Position numbers and translations under genes: made by a program
Shown here: positions 51,846 through 60,606 of the stretch, piece after piece
How the letters are laid out: each line of letters opens with the position of its first letter
Numbering within the stretch: the stretch's first letter is position 1
Sequence record: PV231354.1
Length of the DNA: 64,000 nt
Direction: 5' to 3' (one strand)
The notes under the pieces: model-generated
Told to the model about the DNA's origin: nothing
What the model saw: the letters and a program-made list of their open reading frames with translations, nothing else
The model's database searches: none

Positions 51846-54578
51846 ATGACCTTCTATCCCATGGAGGACCGGGCCAAGGCTCGCTCCGTCGTCACCAACC
51901 TGCTGGACCTCCAGCGCGAAGCCGTCAAGGTGGGCCGTCAAGGGCTGATCCTGCCGCCCGAGCGCAAGCAGTTGATCACCCAGTTGACCGAGACCGAGGA
52001 TCACACCCGCTGGGTGGACCTCTTGGGTCAGTTCGCCGATCGCGTCCAGACCGATCACCTCTCGCGCCTGAAGCCGATCGCCAAGGACGACTTCAACGCC
52101 TTCTGCGAGTACGTCAACCCCGACGAGCCGCCGGCCTCCAAGTGGCACGTCTTCCTGACCGGCACGCTCCAGGAGATCGAGAACAACCCCGAGCTTGAGC
52201 GCTTCGTGCTCAACTGCCCGCCGGGCCACGCCAAGCCGCTGGACGTCGACACCGAAGTGCTGATGGCTGATGGCGCCTGGAAGCGTCTGGGCGACATCCA
52301 GGTGGGCGACTACGTGGTGGGCGAGAGCGGCGCGCGCTGCAAGGTCACCGCCGTCCATGAGCAGGGCGACCTCGACACCCTGAAGATCACCACCGCCCAC
52401 GGCCGGCAGATCATCGCCGCGCCCGACCACTCGTTCCGGGTCGGTGACGGCTGGAAGCCGGCCGACAAGCTGCGCCCCGGTGACGCCCTGTCCGTCGTCG
52501 GCGCCGCCAACCTCAACTACGACGCCAGCGGCAAGTCGATCGACCACTTCGAGCTTGCCGCCTACCTCCAGGCCAAGGGCGGGCGCTCCTACTTCCACCG
52601 CGTCCACAAGAGCGGGCCGAAGACCTACCGCAACGTCTATCTGTGGACGTCCGACCACCGCGAGGCCAGCCAGATCAGCACGTGCCTCAAGCGCATGGGC
52701 GTGGCCTTCAAGGGGCGGCTGGCCAAGACCGAGAAGGTCTGGAAGATGCGCCTCTCGACCGAGTGGGGCGACGCCCTGGCCGAGGAGTACGGCCTGGACG
52801 CCAAGATCGACGCGCGTCGTGTTCCGGCCTTTGTCACGAAAGGCGACGAGGAGCAGATCGGCCGCTACCTGTCGACCCTGACCTCGCTGGCCGGCGAAGC
52901 TCCCGAGCGCTACACCATCCCGCGTCTGGTGCTCTACTTCAAGAACCCCGACTTCGCCACCGACGTCCAGCGCCTGTTCGCCGCCGTCGGCGTCAACGCG
53001 CGCATCGAGCCGCGCAAGACCGGTCGCACCCGGCTGCACATCTCCGGCGCCGATCTCGAAGCCTACTTCGCCGCCGGCCTGACCTACACCGGCCCCAACG
53101 CCGACAAGCTGCCGGCCAAGCGCGCGGCGTTCCCGACCGCGCCCTCGACGCTGGCCGATCACGTCACCTGGATCGAGCCGCATGGGGTGCGCCCCTGCCG
53201 CTGCCTGACGGTCGAGAACGAGCACACCTTCATCGCCCAGGGCGTGGTGGTCCACAACTCGACCTACGCCTCGCGCCTGTTCGTGGCGTGGCGCCTGGGC
53301 CGCGATCCGCGCCAGAAGATCATCGGCGGCGGCCACTCCCAGCGCTTCGTCGAGAACGAGTTCAGCGGCAAGATTCGCAACCTCGTGCGCACGCCCCAGT
53401 TCAAGGACGTCTTCCCCGGCGTGGTCATCGACCATGCCACCTCGGCTAAGGACATGTGGGCGATCGCCGGGCACGGCGGGCAGTACGCCGCCAAGGGCGC
53501 CGGTCAGGCCATCCACGGTCTGCGCGCCAACTTCGTCTGCGTCGATGACCCCTATCCGTCGATCCAGAAGGCCGAGAGCGGGGCCTACCGCGAGGAAGTC
53601 CGCACGTGGTTCTTCGGTGACGTTGGCTCGCGTCTGTTGCCGCTCGCTAAAGTATTCCTCATCATGACGCGCTTTCATGAGGAAGATTTGACGGGTACCA
53701 TCCTCAAGTACAACCAAGACGCACTTGTGGAGTCTGACCGTTACCACATCGTCGAAGCGCCTGCTCTGTGTTACGACCCCGAGAACGACGTCCTCGGCAG
53801 GGCGCTCGGCGAAGTTTTGTGGGACTACTATGACTTGCATTACTTCAAACGGAAGCGCTCCGAGTGGAAGTACCAAAGATTTGCTTTGGTTTATCAACAA
53901 CTTGCGGACGCGGCCTCGGACACGTCGATCGCGTCCAAGTTCCAGACCTACCAGCACCTGCCGCACCTGGACCCGAAGGTCCTCAAGGCGCGCATGGACG
54001 CGGGGCATGTTGACGATCGCGGCCGGCCGATCCCGGACCGCAAGGAGCACTTCCGCCGCATCGTGACCTCGGTCGACGCGGCCCAGAAAAAGGGCGCGCG
54101 CAACGACTACACGGTCGTCCAGGTGTGGGGCGAGACCCACGATCGCAAGCACTACCTGATCTACCAGGAGCGCAAGAAGGTCGAGATCAACGACCTGATC
54201 GAGATGGTCGAGCGCATCTCCAAGCGCTTCGACGTCGACTCCATCCTGGTCGAGGACAAGGGCAACGGCACGGCCTACATCCAGGCGCGGGGCCAGACCG
54301 ACAACCAGCGGCGGCTCGCGCCGGCCCCGATCGAGGCGATCCAGGTCCCCAGCACCTACTCCAAGGAGTTCCGCTTCAACGAGGTCATCCCGATGATCGA
54401 GGCCCAGGAGGTCTACCTGCCCGACAAGGCGCCGTGGCTCGACCTCTTCATCCGCGAAGTCGGGCAGTTCCCCGAAGGCGCCCACGATGACCAAGTCGAC
54501 GCCATGACGCAGTACCTCCGCTGGGCCAAGTCCAAGCGCACGCGGTTCGGCGCGCGCAAGGTCGGCTCGATGGGCTGA
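51846..54578 (+). CDS. terL: terminase large subunit (intein-interrupted)
   Basis: Walker A PPGHAK|ST split by the intein; Walker B-like VCVDDP; nuclease SVDAA..., NDYT, VEDK, HDDQVDAMTQ. Confidence 0.93.
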   Translation: MTFYPMEDRAKARSVVTNLLDLQREAVKVGRQGLILPPERKQLITQLTETEDHTRWVDLLGQFADRVQTDHLSRLKPIAKDDFNAFCEYVNPDEPPASKWHVFLTGTLQEIENNPELERFVLNCPPGHAKPLDVDTEVLMADGAWKRLGDIQVGDYVVGESGARCKVTAVHEQGDLDTLKITTAHGRQIIAAPDHSFRVGDGWKPADKLRPGDALSVVGAANLNYDASGKSIDHFELAAYLQAKGGRSYFHRVHKSGPKTYRNVYLWTSDHREASQISTCLKRMGVAFKGRLAKTEKVWKMRLSTEWGDALAEEYGLDAKIDARRVPAFVTKGDEEQIGRYLSTLTSLAGEAPERYTIPRLVLYFKNPDFATDVQRLFAAVGVNARIEPRKTGRTRLHISGADLEAYFAAGLTYTGPNADKLPAKRAAFPTAPSTLADHVTWIEPHGVRPCRCLTVENEHTFIAQGVVVHNSTYASRLFVAWRLGRDPRQKIIGGGHSQRFVENEFSGKIRNLVRTPQFKDVFPGVVIDHATSAKDMWAIAGHGGQYAAKGAGQAIHGLRANFVCVDDPYPSIQKAESGAYREEVRTWFFGDVGSRLLPLAKVFLIMTRFHEEDLTGTILKYNQDALVESDRYHIVEAPALCYDPENDVLGRALGEVLWDYYDLHYFKRKRSEWKYQRFALVYQQLADAASDTSIASKFQTYQHLPHLDPKVLKARMDAGHVDDRGRPIPDRKEHFRRIVTSVDAAQKKGARNDYTVVQVWGETHDRKHYLIYQERKKVEINDLIEMVERISKRFDVDSILVEDKGNGTAYIQARGQTDNQRRLAPAPIEAIQVPSTYSKEFRFNEVIPMIEAQEVYLPDKAPWLDLFIREVGQFPEGAHDDQVDAMTQYLRWAKSKRTRFGARKVGSMG
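52236..53258 (+). mobile_element. 341-aa intein with degenerate LAGLIDADG domain
   Basis: PLDVDTEVLMADG...APDH...RCLTV..HTFIAQGVVVHN|S. Confidence 0.9.
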
Positions 54579-54641
54579 TTAACCATCTTCGTTCACCCTG
54601 TCCGGGCCTGTTAACCTTAACACACCGAGGGTTAACAGGCC

Positions 54642-54785
54642 AGGGACCCATCGAAATTAACCCTTGGGGACCCAGGGAAATCATCAGCCGGGGACCCTGC
54701 CAAATTCAACGCTGGGGACCCACCGAAATCATCCCTCGGGGACCCTAGCAAATCGTGGCTCGGGGACCCTGGCAAATCAAGGAGC
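54642..54785 (+). repeat. 6 x 24-bp tandem array GGGGACCC-N4-AAATY-N7
   Basis: GGGACCC at 54643, 54667, 54691, 54715, 54739, 54763. Confidence 0.9.
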
Positions 54786-54790
54786 CGGCG

Positions 54791-55024
54791 ATGGCCGAAC
54801 TCATGAGCCTGCTGTTCAACCTCGCCCCGTTCCTGCTGGCGGCGATCATCGTCTACCACGTCCTGGAGGCCTTCTGGGCGGTCTGCCTGTGGGTCTACGG
54901 CCTGCGCACCCTGTGGAAGGTCCACCGCGACGACCTGTGGGAGGCGCTGAGCCTGGAGCGCGCCCTGAGCCCGTTCACCCATCACCGGGACATGAACGGC
55001 AACCTGCCGCGCCCGCCGACCTGA
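54791..55024 (+). CDS. small membrane protein
   Basis: AAGGAG SD in the last repeat; hydrophobic N-terminus. Confidence 0.7.
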   Translation: MAELMSLLFNLAPFLLAAIIVYHVLEAFWAVCLWVYGLRTLWKVHRDDLWEALSLERALSPFTHHRDMNGNLPRPPT

Positions 55025-55032
55025 TGCCCTAA

Positions 55033-55056
55033 GTCACGGACTGTAGGTTTCATGAC
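55033..55056 (+). promoter_or_regulatory. 24-bp dyad site (GTCAY-N14-RTGAC), copy 1
   Basis: GTCACGGACTGTAGGTTTCATGAC. Confidence 0.5.
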
Positions 55057-55338
55057 AAGGTGGATTATTCCACAACGATTTCAAGGGCTTATCGCCATGT
55101 CGCTCCGCCGTCTCGTCCACGATCTGGCCGTCCGCTTCGTCGTTTTGGGGTGGATTTTTGCTCAAAAGCCCCAGAAATGGGCTCCAAAAGGGCATAATTT
55201 TCAGCCCAATCCGCCGGCCGAGGTCGTCCAGGACTGGCGCTTCATCGCCCTAGCCGTCGGCGCCAGCACCGCCGTGCTCTGGGCCGCATGCACAAGACGG
55301 TCGATCCGTCAATACCTCGCGTGGCGCAACCCCCGCAT

Positions 55339-55362
55339 GTCATAGACTAGGGCTTTCGTGAC
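55339..55362 (+). promoter_or_regulatory. 24-bp dyad site, copy 2
   Basis: GTCATAGACTAGGGCTTTCGTGAC. Confidence 0.5.
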
Positions 55363-55392
55363 GACCTCACGTTTACGTTACTGGATAAACCC

Positions 55393-55548
55393 ATGCCCCA
55401 CCTCGGTTTCTGGCTCTCTGCCGCCTGCATAGCTCTGGCCTGGGTGATCTGGGCCGCCGCCCGGCTGATCCGCCGCGATCGCCAGCGTCGCGCCGCTGGA
55501 GCGCGCCTGGGCCGGCGCACCGCAGCCGCCCATATGCGCCATATCTGA
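55393..55548 (+). CDS. 51-aa TM/basic peptide
   Basis: Manual ORF MPHLGFWLSAACIALAWVIW...; weak SD. Confidence 0.4.
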   Translation: MPHLGFWLSAACIALAWVIWAAARLIRRDRQRRAAGARLGRRTAAAHMRHI

Positions 55549-55594
55549 GCCCTTATCGCCCTTTAGGGCTCAGATACGCGACATTACGGCCCTC

Positions 55595-55751
55595 TTGACG
55601 CCCTCGTGTTCCTCTGAACGCGGGGGCGTTTTGACGTCGGCGCATTTCCCTCTTGACGCGCGAGCATTTCAACGCCGGAGCGTTTTGACGCGGGCGCATT
55701 TTCGATTCAACGCGCGAGCGTTTTGACGTCCGAACGTTTTTCAACTTGACG
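55595..55751 (+). repeat. degenerate TTGACG/TTCAACG repeat tract
   Basis: TTGACG x6; GCGTTTTGACG at 55626, 55680, 55718. Confidence 0.65.
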
Positions 55752-55779
55752 TCGTTTCATTTACCACGAGCGCCTTAGG

Positions 55780-56005
55780 GTTAACCGCCGAGCCTGGGAA
55801 TGGTTAAGGCCCGTTAACCATGTTTGTTAACCCTCAAGGCGTTAACCTATCACCCGTTAAGGTTAACGCACCCCGGCCATTAACCCTGAGCGTGTTAAGG
55901 TTAACGCCCCATTAAGGTTAACAATTAAGGTTAACGCGCCCGGTAACCCTGCCGTCGTTAAGGTTAACAAACATGGTTAACGGGCCAGACCGGCGTTAAC
56001 CTTAA
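55780..56005. repeat. GTTAAC/TTAA-dense tract (CtrA half-site-like)
   Basis: 19 TTAA and 11 GTTAAC counted. Confidence 0.8.
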
Positions 56006-56022
56006 CGGCGCGCGTCCCAGGC

Positions 56023-56058
56023 CATACCCGGTAGGGCCGTCAGGCCCTACCGGGTATG
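56023..56058. repeat. perfect 16-bp inverted repeat
   Basis: CATACCCGGTAGGGCC-GTCA-GGCCCTACCGGGTATG. Confidence 0.85.
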
Positions 56059-56110
56059 ACTCCGCTGGCCAGCGCCAGCCGGCGAGCCCGGCGCCGATTT
56101 TCTTTCGGCG

Positions 56111-56125
56111 TTTACTTTTTGTTAA
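56111..56125 (+). promoter_or_regulatory. CtrA box promoter
   Basis: TTTA-N7-TTAA, CTA 10 nt downstream. Confidence 0.7.
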
Positions 56126-56190
56126 GAATTGGCGTCTAGTGTCCTCCTTGTCGGGGCCAGCCCCGGCGCTCTTTGACATTGTGAGGCAAC

Positions 56191-56379
56191 ATGATTCCCT
56201 CTGAAGTTCTGAATCCGCGCGAGCACTGGACTCCCGTCGCCTCGCGCGAGGAAGCCGAAAAGATCGCCGCGCGCTGCACTGAAGGCGACCCCGTCGGCCG
56301 CTACTACGTCGAGGAAAAGGGCGCGGCCTACGCTGTCGCCTATGACGACGAGGCGGGCGAATTCGTCGCCTACCTGTAA
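56191..56379 (+). CDS. hypothetical protein
   Basis: GAGG SD. Confidence 0.7.
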   Translation: MIPSEVLNPREHWTPVASREEAEKIAARCTEGDPVGRYYVEEKGAAYAVAYDDEAGEFVAYL

Positions 56380-56391
56380 ACCTTTTGTTAA
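56377..56391 (+). promoter_or_regulatory. CtrA box promoter
   Basis: TAAA-N7-TTAA. Confidence 0.7.
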
Positions 56392-56441
56392 GACCTGACC
56401 TCTAAACAGGGGTCAGGTTCAACCCCTGGAGGCCCTGCCCC

Positions 56442-56828
56442 ATGCCCAACCCCGGACTCTTTCGCGCCATGGCCAAAGTCGCCAAGCCGGTGATTAAGGC
56501 CTATCACGCCGATTTTGAGATTCACGACGCCAAGGTGATTCACGGCCTAAAGGACGGCGATGTCATCTTGTGGGCGCCGGATGCGCACGGAACGACTCTT
56601 ATCGTCCTGGCGCGGGCTGGACGGCCCAACCATCGCGCCGCCGAACACTTCGAAGCCGCCAAGGCCCGCAACGCCCCCGCGTGGTTTGTCGCGTCGCTGT
56701 ACCATGACGGCGAGTCGGGTCACTGGAGCCTTTCGCCGGCGCCGGACGCGCCCGAAATCGTCGCCCGCTTCGCCGAACAAGCCGCCCGCGACACCGCCCC
56801 GGACCCGGTGCGCGAGCTACACCTTTAA
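56442..56828 (+). CDS. hypothetical protein
   Basis: GGAGG SD. Confidence 0.75.
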   Translation: MPNPGLFRAMAKVAKPVIKAYHADFEIHDAKVIHGLKDGDVILWAPDAHGTTLIVLARAGRPNHRAAEHFEAAKARNAPAWFVASLYHDGESGHWSLSPAPDAPEIVARFAEQAARDTAPDPVRELHL

Positions 56829-56839
56829 CCTTTTGTTAA
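56825..56839 (+). promoter_or_regulatory. CtrA box promoter
   Basis: TTAACCTTTTGTTAA. Confidence 0.85.
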
Positions 56840-56890
56840 GACTTGACCTCTAAACAGGGGTCAAGTCCAACCCCCTGGAGGCCCTGCCCC

Positions 56891-57430
56891 ATGTCTGCAA
56901 TCGAAACCGTCAACCTCTCGCGCGGCCGTGTTCTCACGGTCGAAATCGACGACTGCGCGCAAGAGCCCTACGCGGGCGACAAGGGCGTGCGAATCGTCGT
57001 CCTGCATCGCCAGTGGACGAATCCCGCCGCCGGCCTGCTGGACTCGGTCGAGGACGTCCAAGCCTTCGAGGCGGAGAACGCCGCGCCCGACTCGCCTTGG
57101 GCGATCTTCGCGCTATGGGTTATGGACCATAGCGGCCGGACCTTCAAAGCCGGCGCGCTGGGCGCCGGAAACCCGTTCGGCGCCGGACCCTATGCCCAGT
57201 GGGATAGCGGCCGGGTCGGAGTCATCGCCCTGGCGCGCGACGAGTGGCCCGCCGCCGACCTGACCACGGCGCAAAGCGTCGCCTCCACCTATCAGGCATG
57301 GGCCGAAGGGGAGGTTTACGAATACGTCATTTCGAACAAGCGGGGCGACGTGCTCGACTCGTGCGGCGGGTTCTACAGCGTCGAGGAAGCCTTGACCGAA
57401 GGGCGCACCGCCGCGCGGGTGAAGGCGTGA
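56891..57430 (+). CDS. conserved phage hypothetical protein
   Basis: WDSG..., WAEGEVY...DSCGGFY; start at the ATG after the SD. Confidence 0.75.
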   Translation: MSAIETVNLSRGRVLTVEIDDCAQEPYAGDKGVRIVVLHRQWTNPAAGLLDSVEDVQAFEAENAAPDSPWAIFALWVMDHSGRTFKAGALGAGNPFGAGPYAQWDSGRVGVIALARDEWPAADLTTAQSVASTYQAWAEGEVYEYVISNKRGDVLDSCGGFYSVEEALTEGRTAARVKA

Positions 57431-57621
57431 GGGTCGCCCGCGACGCCTTCGCCGTGTTCTGGACCCTCCCCGCCGGGGGCGTCCAGTTTCACGCCGACAT
57501 GAAGCGGGCGCTATACCCGACCGCCAAGGCCGCCGCCGACGCCTTCGCCGCCATGTTCCCCGGTGATCGCGTCCAGAGCGTGCGCGACGGCTCCGGCCGC
57601 TTCCTGCCCTTCAAGGCCTGA
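57427..57621 (+). CDS. hypothetical protein
   Basis: GTGA overlap. Confidence 0.6.
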   Translation: MRVARDAFAVFWTLPAGGVQFHADMKRALYPTAKAAADAFAAMFPGDRVQSVRDGSGRFLPFKA

Positions 57622-57626
57622 CAGAA

Positions 57627-57661
57627 CGCCCCGGAATCTTTTTCCGGGGCGTTTACTTTTT
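57627..57661 (+). terminator. intrinsic terminator overlapping the next CtrA box
   Basis: CGCCCCGGAA/TTCCGGGGCG stem + TTTACTTTTT. Confidence 0.8.
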
Positions 57662-57666
57662 GTTAA
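57652..57666 (+). promoter_or_regulatory. CtrA box promoter
   Basis: TTTA-N7-TTAA. Confidence 0.7.
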
Positions 57667-57730
57667 GGAATGGCGTCTAATGTCCTCTTGCGGCCGGGCA
57701 ATCCCGCCCCGCCGCCCTGGATCAAGTCCG

Positions 57731-58078
57731 ATGCAAACCGTTCCCACTGGTCACCGCTTCACCCGCTACGGGCAAACCTACGTTGTCCGCCCTGGCCTTC
57801 GCTATGTGCCGGAGGCGCAAGCCGCCGACGTTTCGCGCCGGGGCTGGACCCTGCAAAATTCCGACCTTAAGGCCCTGCTGGGCTGGGCGCCAAAACTCCC
57901 CCGCGAAGCCGTCGCCCCGGTCATGATTGGTGACGTGTCGGTCTACGTCATGAGCGCGGCCGAAGCCGCCGCCCGCAAGCCGAAGAACAACCGGCCGCAC
58001 CGCGTGACGGCGGTTTGCCCCGGATGCGCCGCCCATGTCCCCGCCGGGCGCCTCTCGCAACACAAGTGCAAGCTTTAA
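57731..58078 (+). CDS. hypothetical protein with C-terminal C2H-type Zn motif
   Basis: CPGC...LSQHKC. Confidence 0.7.
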   Translation: MQTVPTGHRFTRYGQTYVVRPGLRYVPEAQAADVSRRGWTLQNSDLKALLGWAPKLPREAVAPVMIGDVSVYVMSAAEAAARKPKNNRPHRVTAVCPGCAAHVPAGRLSQHKCKL

Positions 58079-58089
58079 CCTTTTGTTAA
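58075..58089 (+). promoter_or_regulatory. CtrA box promoter
   Basis: TTAACCTTTTGTTAA. Confidence 0.85.
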
Positions 58090-58137
58090 GACCCGGCCGC
58101 TAGAGTGGCCGGGTCAAACCCCTCTGGAGCCCCTCCC

Positions 58138-58659
58138 ATGCCGGAATTTATCCTTGACCAGTCGGGCGCGGTTGAACTGCCCGCGCCGACCCCCAACGCC
58201 GCGCCCGCCGCCTATGAATTCGGCGACCTCGACGACTTCACCCAAGGCTATATCGAGGCCCTGTTTTTCACCGAGTCGTCGCCGGCCTTCATGCGCGCCG
58301 AATGGTTCGGCGCCGAGTGTCAAGAGGCCTTGGAGGAAGGCACGGCGGACGGGAACATTCCGGGCGATGTCGGATTCGCCGACCTCGCGCCCGCCACCCT
58401 GGCGCGCATCGTCGCCGATTGCGCCGACTTCCAACGCGACCACGCCGACACCCTGGCTAAGGCCTATGACCACGGCGGCGCGTCGGGCGACTATGACGAC
58501 GCCGCCGCCGGCCGTGATTATTGGTACACCCGCAACGGCCATGGCGTCGGGTTCTGGGATCGCGGACTCGGCGAGATCGGCGAGGCCCTGAGCAAGGCCG
58601 CCCGCTACAGCGAGCAAAACGCCTCTTTCGAGGATGACGAAAAGGTCTATCTCTCTTAA
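58138..58659 (+). CDS. conserved phage hypothetical protein
   Basis: YIEALFF...TRNGHGVGFWDR. Confidence 0.8.
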   Translation: MPEFILDQSGAVELPAPTPNAAPAAYEFGDLDDFTQGYIEALFFTESSPAFMRAEWFGAECQEALEEGTADGNIPGDVGFADLAPATLARIVADCADFQRDHADTLAKAYDHGGASGDYDDAAAGRDYWYTRNGHGVGFWDRGLGEIGEALSKAARYSEQNASFEDDEKVYLS

Positions 58660-58670
58660 CCTTTTGTTAA
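58656..58670 (+). promoter_or_regulatory. CtrA box promoter
   Basis: TTAACCTTTTGTTAA. Confidence 0.85.
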
Positions 58671-58751
58671 GACTTGGCCTCTAGGGTCAGGTTGTCCCGG
58701 CGCCGGGGCTGGAACCCCCGGCGCATCCATTCCGTGAAAGGAATCCATACC

Positions 58752-59498
58752 GTGTCTTTTGGTCAATTCTCCGCCGACGCCCGCGCCCCGCTGTCGAAAG
58801 CCGCCATGCTGGACGCCCTCCCCGCCGCGCGCCGTGACGCTCTGGTCAAGTCCAGCAAGCCGGCGCGAAACACGCTCGATTACACAACCGCCGACGGCGT
58901 GCGCCGCGTGCGCTTGCATGACACCGACGTCCTGACGTTCCACGTTGGCGGCGCCGTCGAGATCAACACGGGCGGCTGGAATACCCTAACCACGCGCGAC
59001 CGAATCAACACGTTCGCCCCGCCTCACGTGCGCGTCTACAGCGACAAGGGCCGCGCCGTGGTTCACGCCTTGCCGGCCGGTGACGGCGCCGTCACGTGGT
59101 CCAGCCCCGCCGCGTCCAAGCCGTTCGCCAAGCGCGCCACCGTTCACCCGGACGGCCGAATCGAAGTGGACGCGACCGTCAAGGAACTGGAGGCGATTCC
59201 TAGCCTCATCCGCCGCTATCTGGAGGCCTTCAAGGCCGGTTTCCCGTTCAACTCGTCGGGTGACCCGTGGATGACGCCCGGCGCCCTTGTCGCCCCGGAA
59301 ACCGCCCTTGACTGGCTGGGCGCCGACACCGGCAAGCCGTACCTGTTCGACTCGATCCTGTTTCACGCCCATGTCGCGGCCGGCCTGACCGAAGAGGGCG
59401 CGGCGTTCTACATGCGCGAGGCCGCCCGGCGCGGCGTCGACAAATTCAATCTCGGCCGCATCCGGCGCTATCTGAAGCGTTGCCTTCGCGAAGCCTAG
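58752..59498 (+). CDS. conserved phage hypothetical protein
   Basis: LHDTDV...INTGGW..LTTRDRIN. Confidence 0.75.
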   Translation: MSFGQFSADARAPLSKAAMLDALPAARRDALVKSSKPARNTLDYTTADGVRRVRLHDTDVLTFHVGGAVEINTGGWNTLTTRDRINTFAPPHVRVYSDKGRAVVHALPAGDGAVTWSSPAASKPFAKRATVHPDGRIEVDATVKELEAIPSLIRRYLEAFKAGFPFNSSGDPWMTPGALVAPETALDWLGADTGKPYLFDSILFHAHVAAGLTEEGAAFYMREAARRGVDKFNLGRIRRYLKRCLREA

Positions 59499-59507
59499 AC
59501 CCTGCCC

Positions 59508-59540
59508 GGCCGCGCCTCCCCTGGCGCGGCCTTTCTTTTC
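59508..59540 (+). terminator. intrinsic terminator
   Basis: GGCCGCGCC/GGCGCGGCC stem + TTTCTTTT. Confidence 0.8.
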
Positions 59541-59550
59541 CGTGTACGCG

Positions 59551-59565
59551 TTAACTTCTTGTTAA
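59551..59565 (+). promoter_or_regulatory. CtrA box promoter
   Basis: TTAACTTCTTGTTAA. Confidence 0.85.
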
Positions 59566-59635
59566 GACTTTACGCGCTAATGTCCCCTTGCCGCCGGGCA
59601 ATCCCGCCCCGCCGCCTCTCAAAGGATCGCCACCC

Positions 59636-60256
59636 ATGGCCCGCCTGATCAAAGCCAAGTCCACCGCCGAACAAGCCGAAGCCCTGGCCAGCCTGCAAAA
59701 AATGCTCAAGCCGGGCGACACGGTTTATCCCGTGCTGCGCCACGTCTCGACCTCCGGCATGATGCGAGTCATTGACCTGATTATCCCGGTCACGGTCGAG
59801 ACGTCGCAAACCCTGCCGGCCGGCGCGCGCGGCTTCAAGATCGGCGTTCAAGCCTATGCGACCCCGCCGGAGCGCAACGCCCCGCGCGCCTTCTCAACCG
59901 GCGCCGTGACGGCTTTCGACGCCGACACCGTGACCATTGCCTATCAGGCCACCGCCGACGGCCGGGGCGTGGCGGAGTCGGTGACGTGGCCCCGTGGTCA
60001 GGTCAAGTTCTACGCCAAGAGCAAGCGCCCCGGCGTCCGCTCGATCGGCTGGCTTGCCGCGAAGGCCATGGGCGACACTTTCGACGCCGACCGCCAAGGA
60101 ATCAAGGTCGGCGGGTGCGGAATGGATATGGGCTTTCACCTCGTTTACAGCCTGGGCCGCACGCTCTGGCCGAAGGGAACGAAAAAGCCGCACGGCTCGC
60201 GCAATGGCGAGCCCGACCGCGACGGCGGTTATGCGCTGAAACATTCCTGGCTTTAA
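59636..60256 (+). CDS. conserved phage hypothetical protein
   Basis: RHVSTSGMMR...GCGMDMGFHLVYSL. Confidence 0.8.
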   Translation: MARLIKAKSTAEQAEALASLQKMLKPGDTVYPVLRHVSTSGMMRVIDLIIPVTVETSQTLPAGARGFKIGVQAYATPPERNAPRAFSTGAVTAFDADTVTIAYQATADGRGVAESVTWPRGQVKFYAKSKRPGVRSIGWLAAKAMGDTFDADRQGIKVGGCGMDMGFHLVYSLGRTLWPKGTKKPHGSRNGEPDRDGGYALKHSWL

Positions 60257-60267
60257 CTTTTTGTTAA
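60253..60267 (+). promoter_or_regulatory. CtrA box promoter
   Basis: TTAACTTTTTGTTAA. Confidence 0.85.
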
Positions 60268-60333
60268 GAGTTTAGCCGCTAATGTCTCCTTGCGGCCGGG
60301 CAATCCCGCCCGGCCGCACCCGGAACCAAGCCC

Positions 60334-60606
60334 ATGACCCGCGCTCAAGTCCTCGCCGAAATCGCCGCCCTTGAAGGCGTCCAAGCCCGTTTCGTCACCG
60401 AAACCAAGGAATTCCGCGTCACCCTGACCTTTGGCCCGCTTCCCATGGGGCGCGGCTCGCAAGCCTGGATGAACGCCCGCCGGGAAGCCGTCGCCTACTA
60501 CACCGAAGACAAGGCCGACGCCCTGGCCACCGCCCGCGACATGTCGGCCCGTTGGGTCGCCATGACCCCCGCGCAACGTGATCACCTGTACCGCAACGCC
60601 GCGTAA
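60334..60606 (+). CDS. hypothetical protein
   Basis: AYYTEDKADAL. Confidence 0.75.
   Translation: MTRAQVLAEIAALEGVQARFVTETKEFRVTLTFGPLPMGRGSQAWMNARREAVAYYTEDKADALATARDMSARWVAMTPAQRDHLYRNAA

Noticed and set aside
52540-53050. Active LAGLIDADG homing endonuclease in the intein
   Set aside because: Both dodecapeptide motifs lack the catalytic Asp/Glu; treated as degenerate.
54642-54785. 24-bp array as a mini-CRISPR
   Set aside because: Conserved parts are only 8+4 nt with 4- and 7-nt fillers; no spacer-length unique sequence and no cas genes.
54664-55032. ORF translating the repeat array (MGTQGNHQPGTL...)
   Set aside because: No SD; a by-product of the 24-bp period; overlaps the better-supported 54791..55024.
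55033-55056. Dyad site as a XerCD dif site
   Set aside because: Lacks the conserved XerD arm (TTATGT-type), and the 6-bp cores differ between copies.
55052-55345. 97-aa ORF between the dyad sites
   Set aside because: Atypical codons, no clear SD, and both ends overlap putative binding sites; not called as a CDS.
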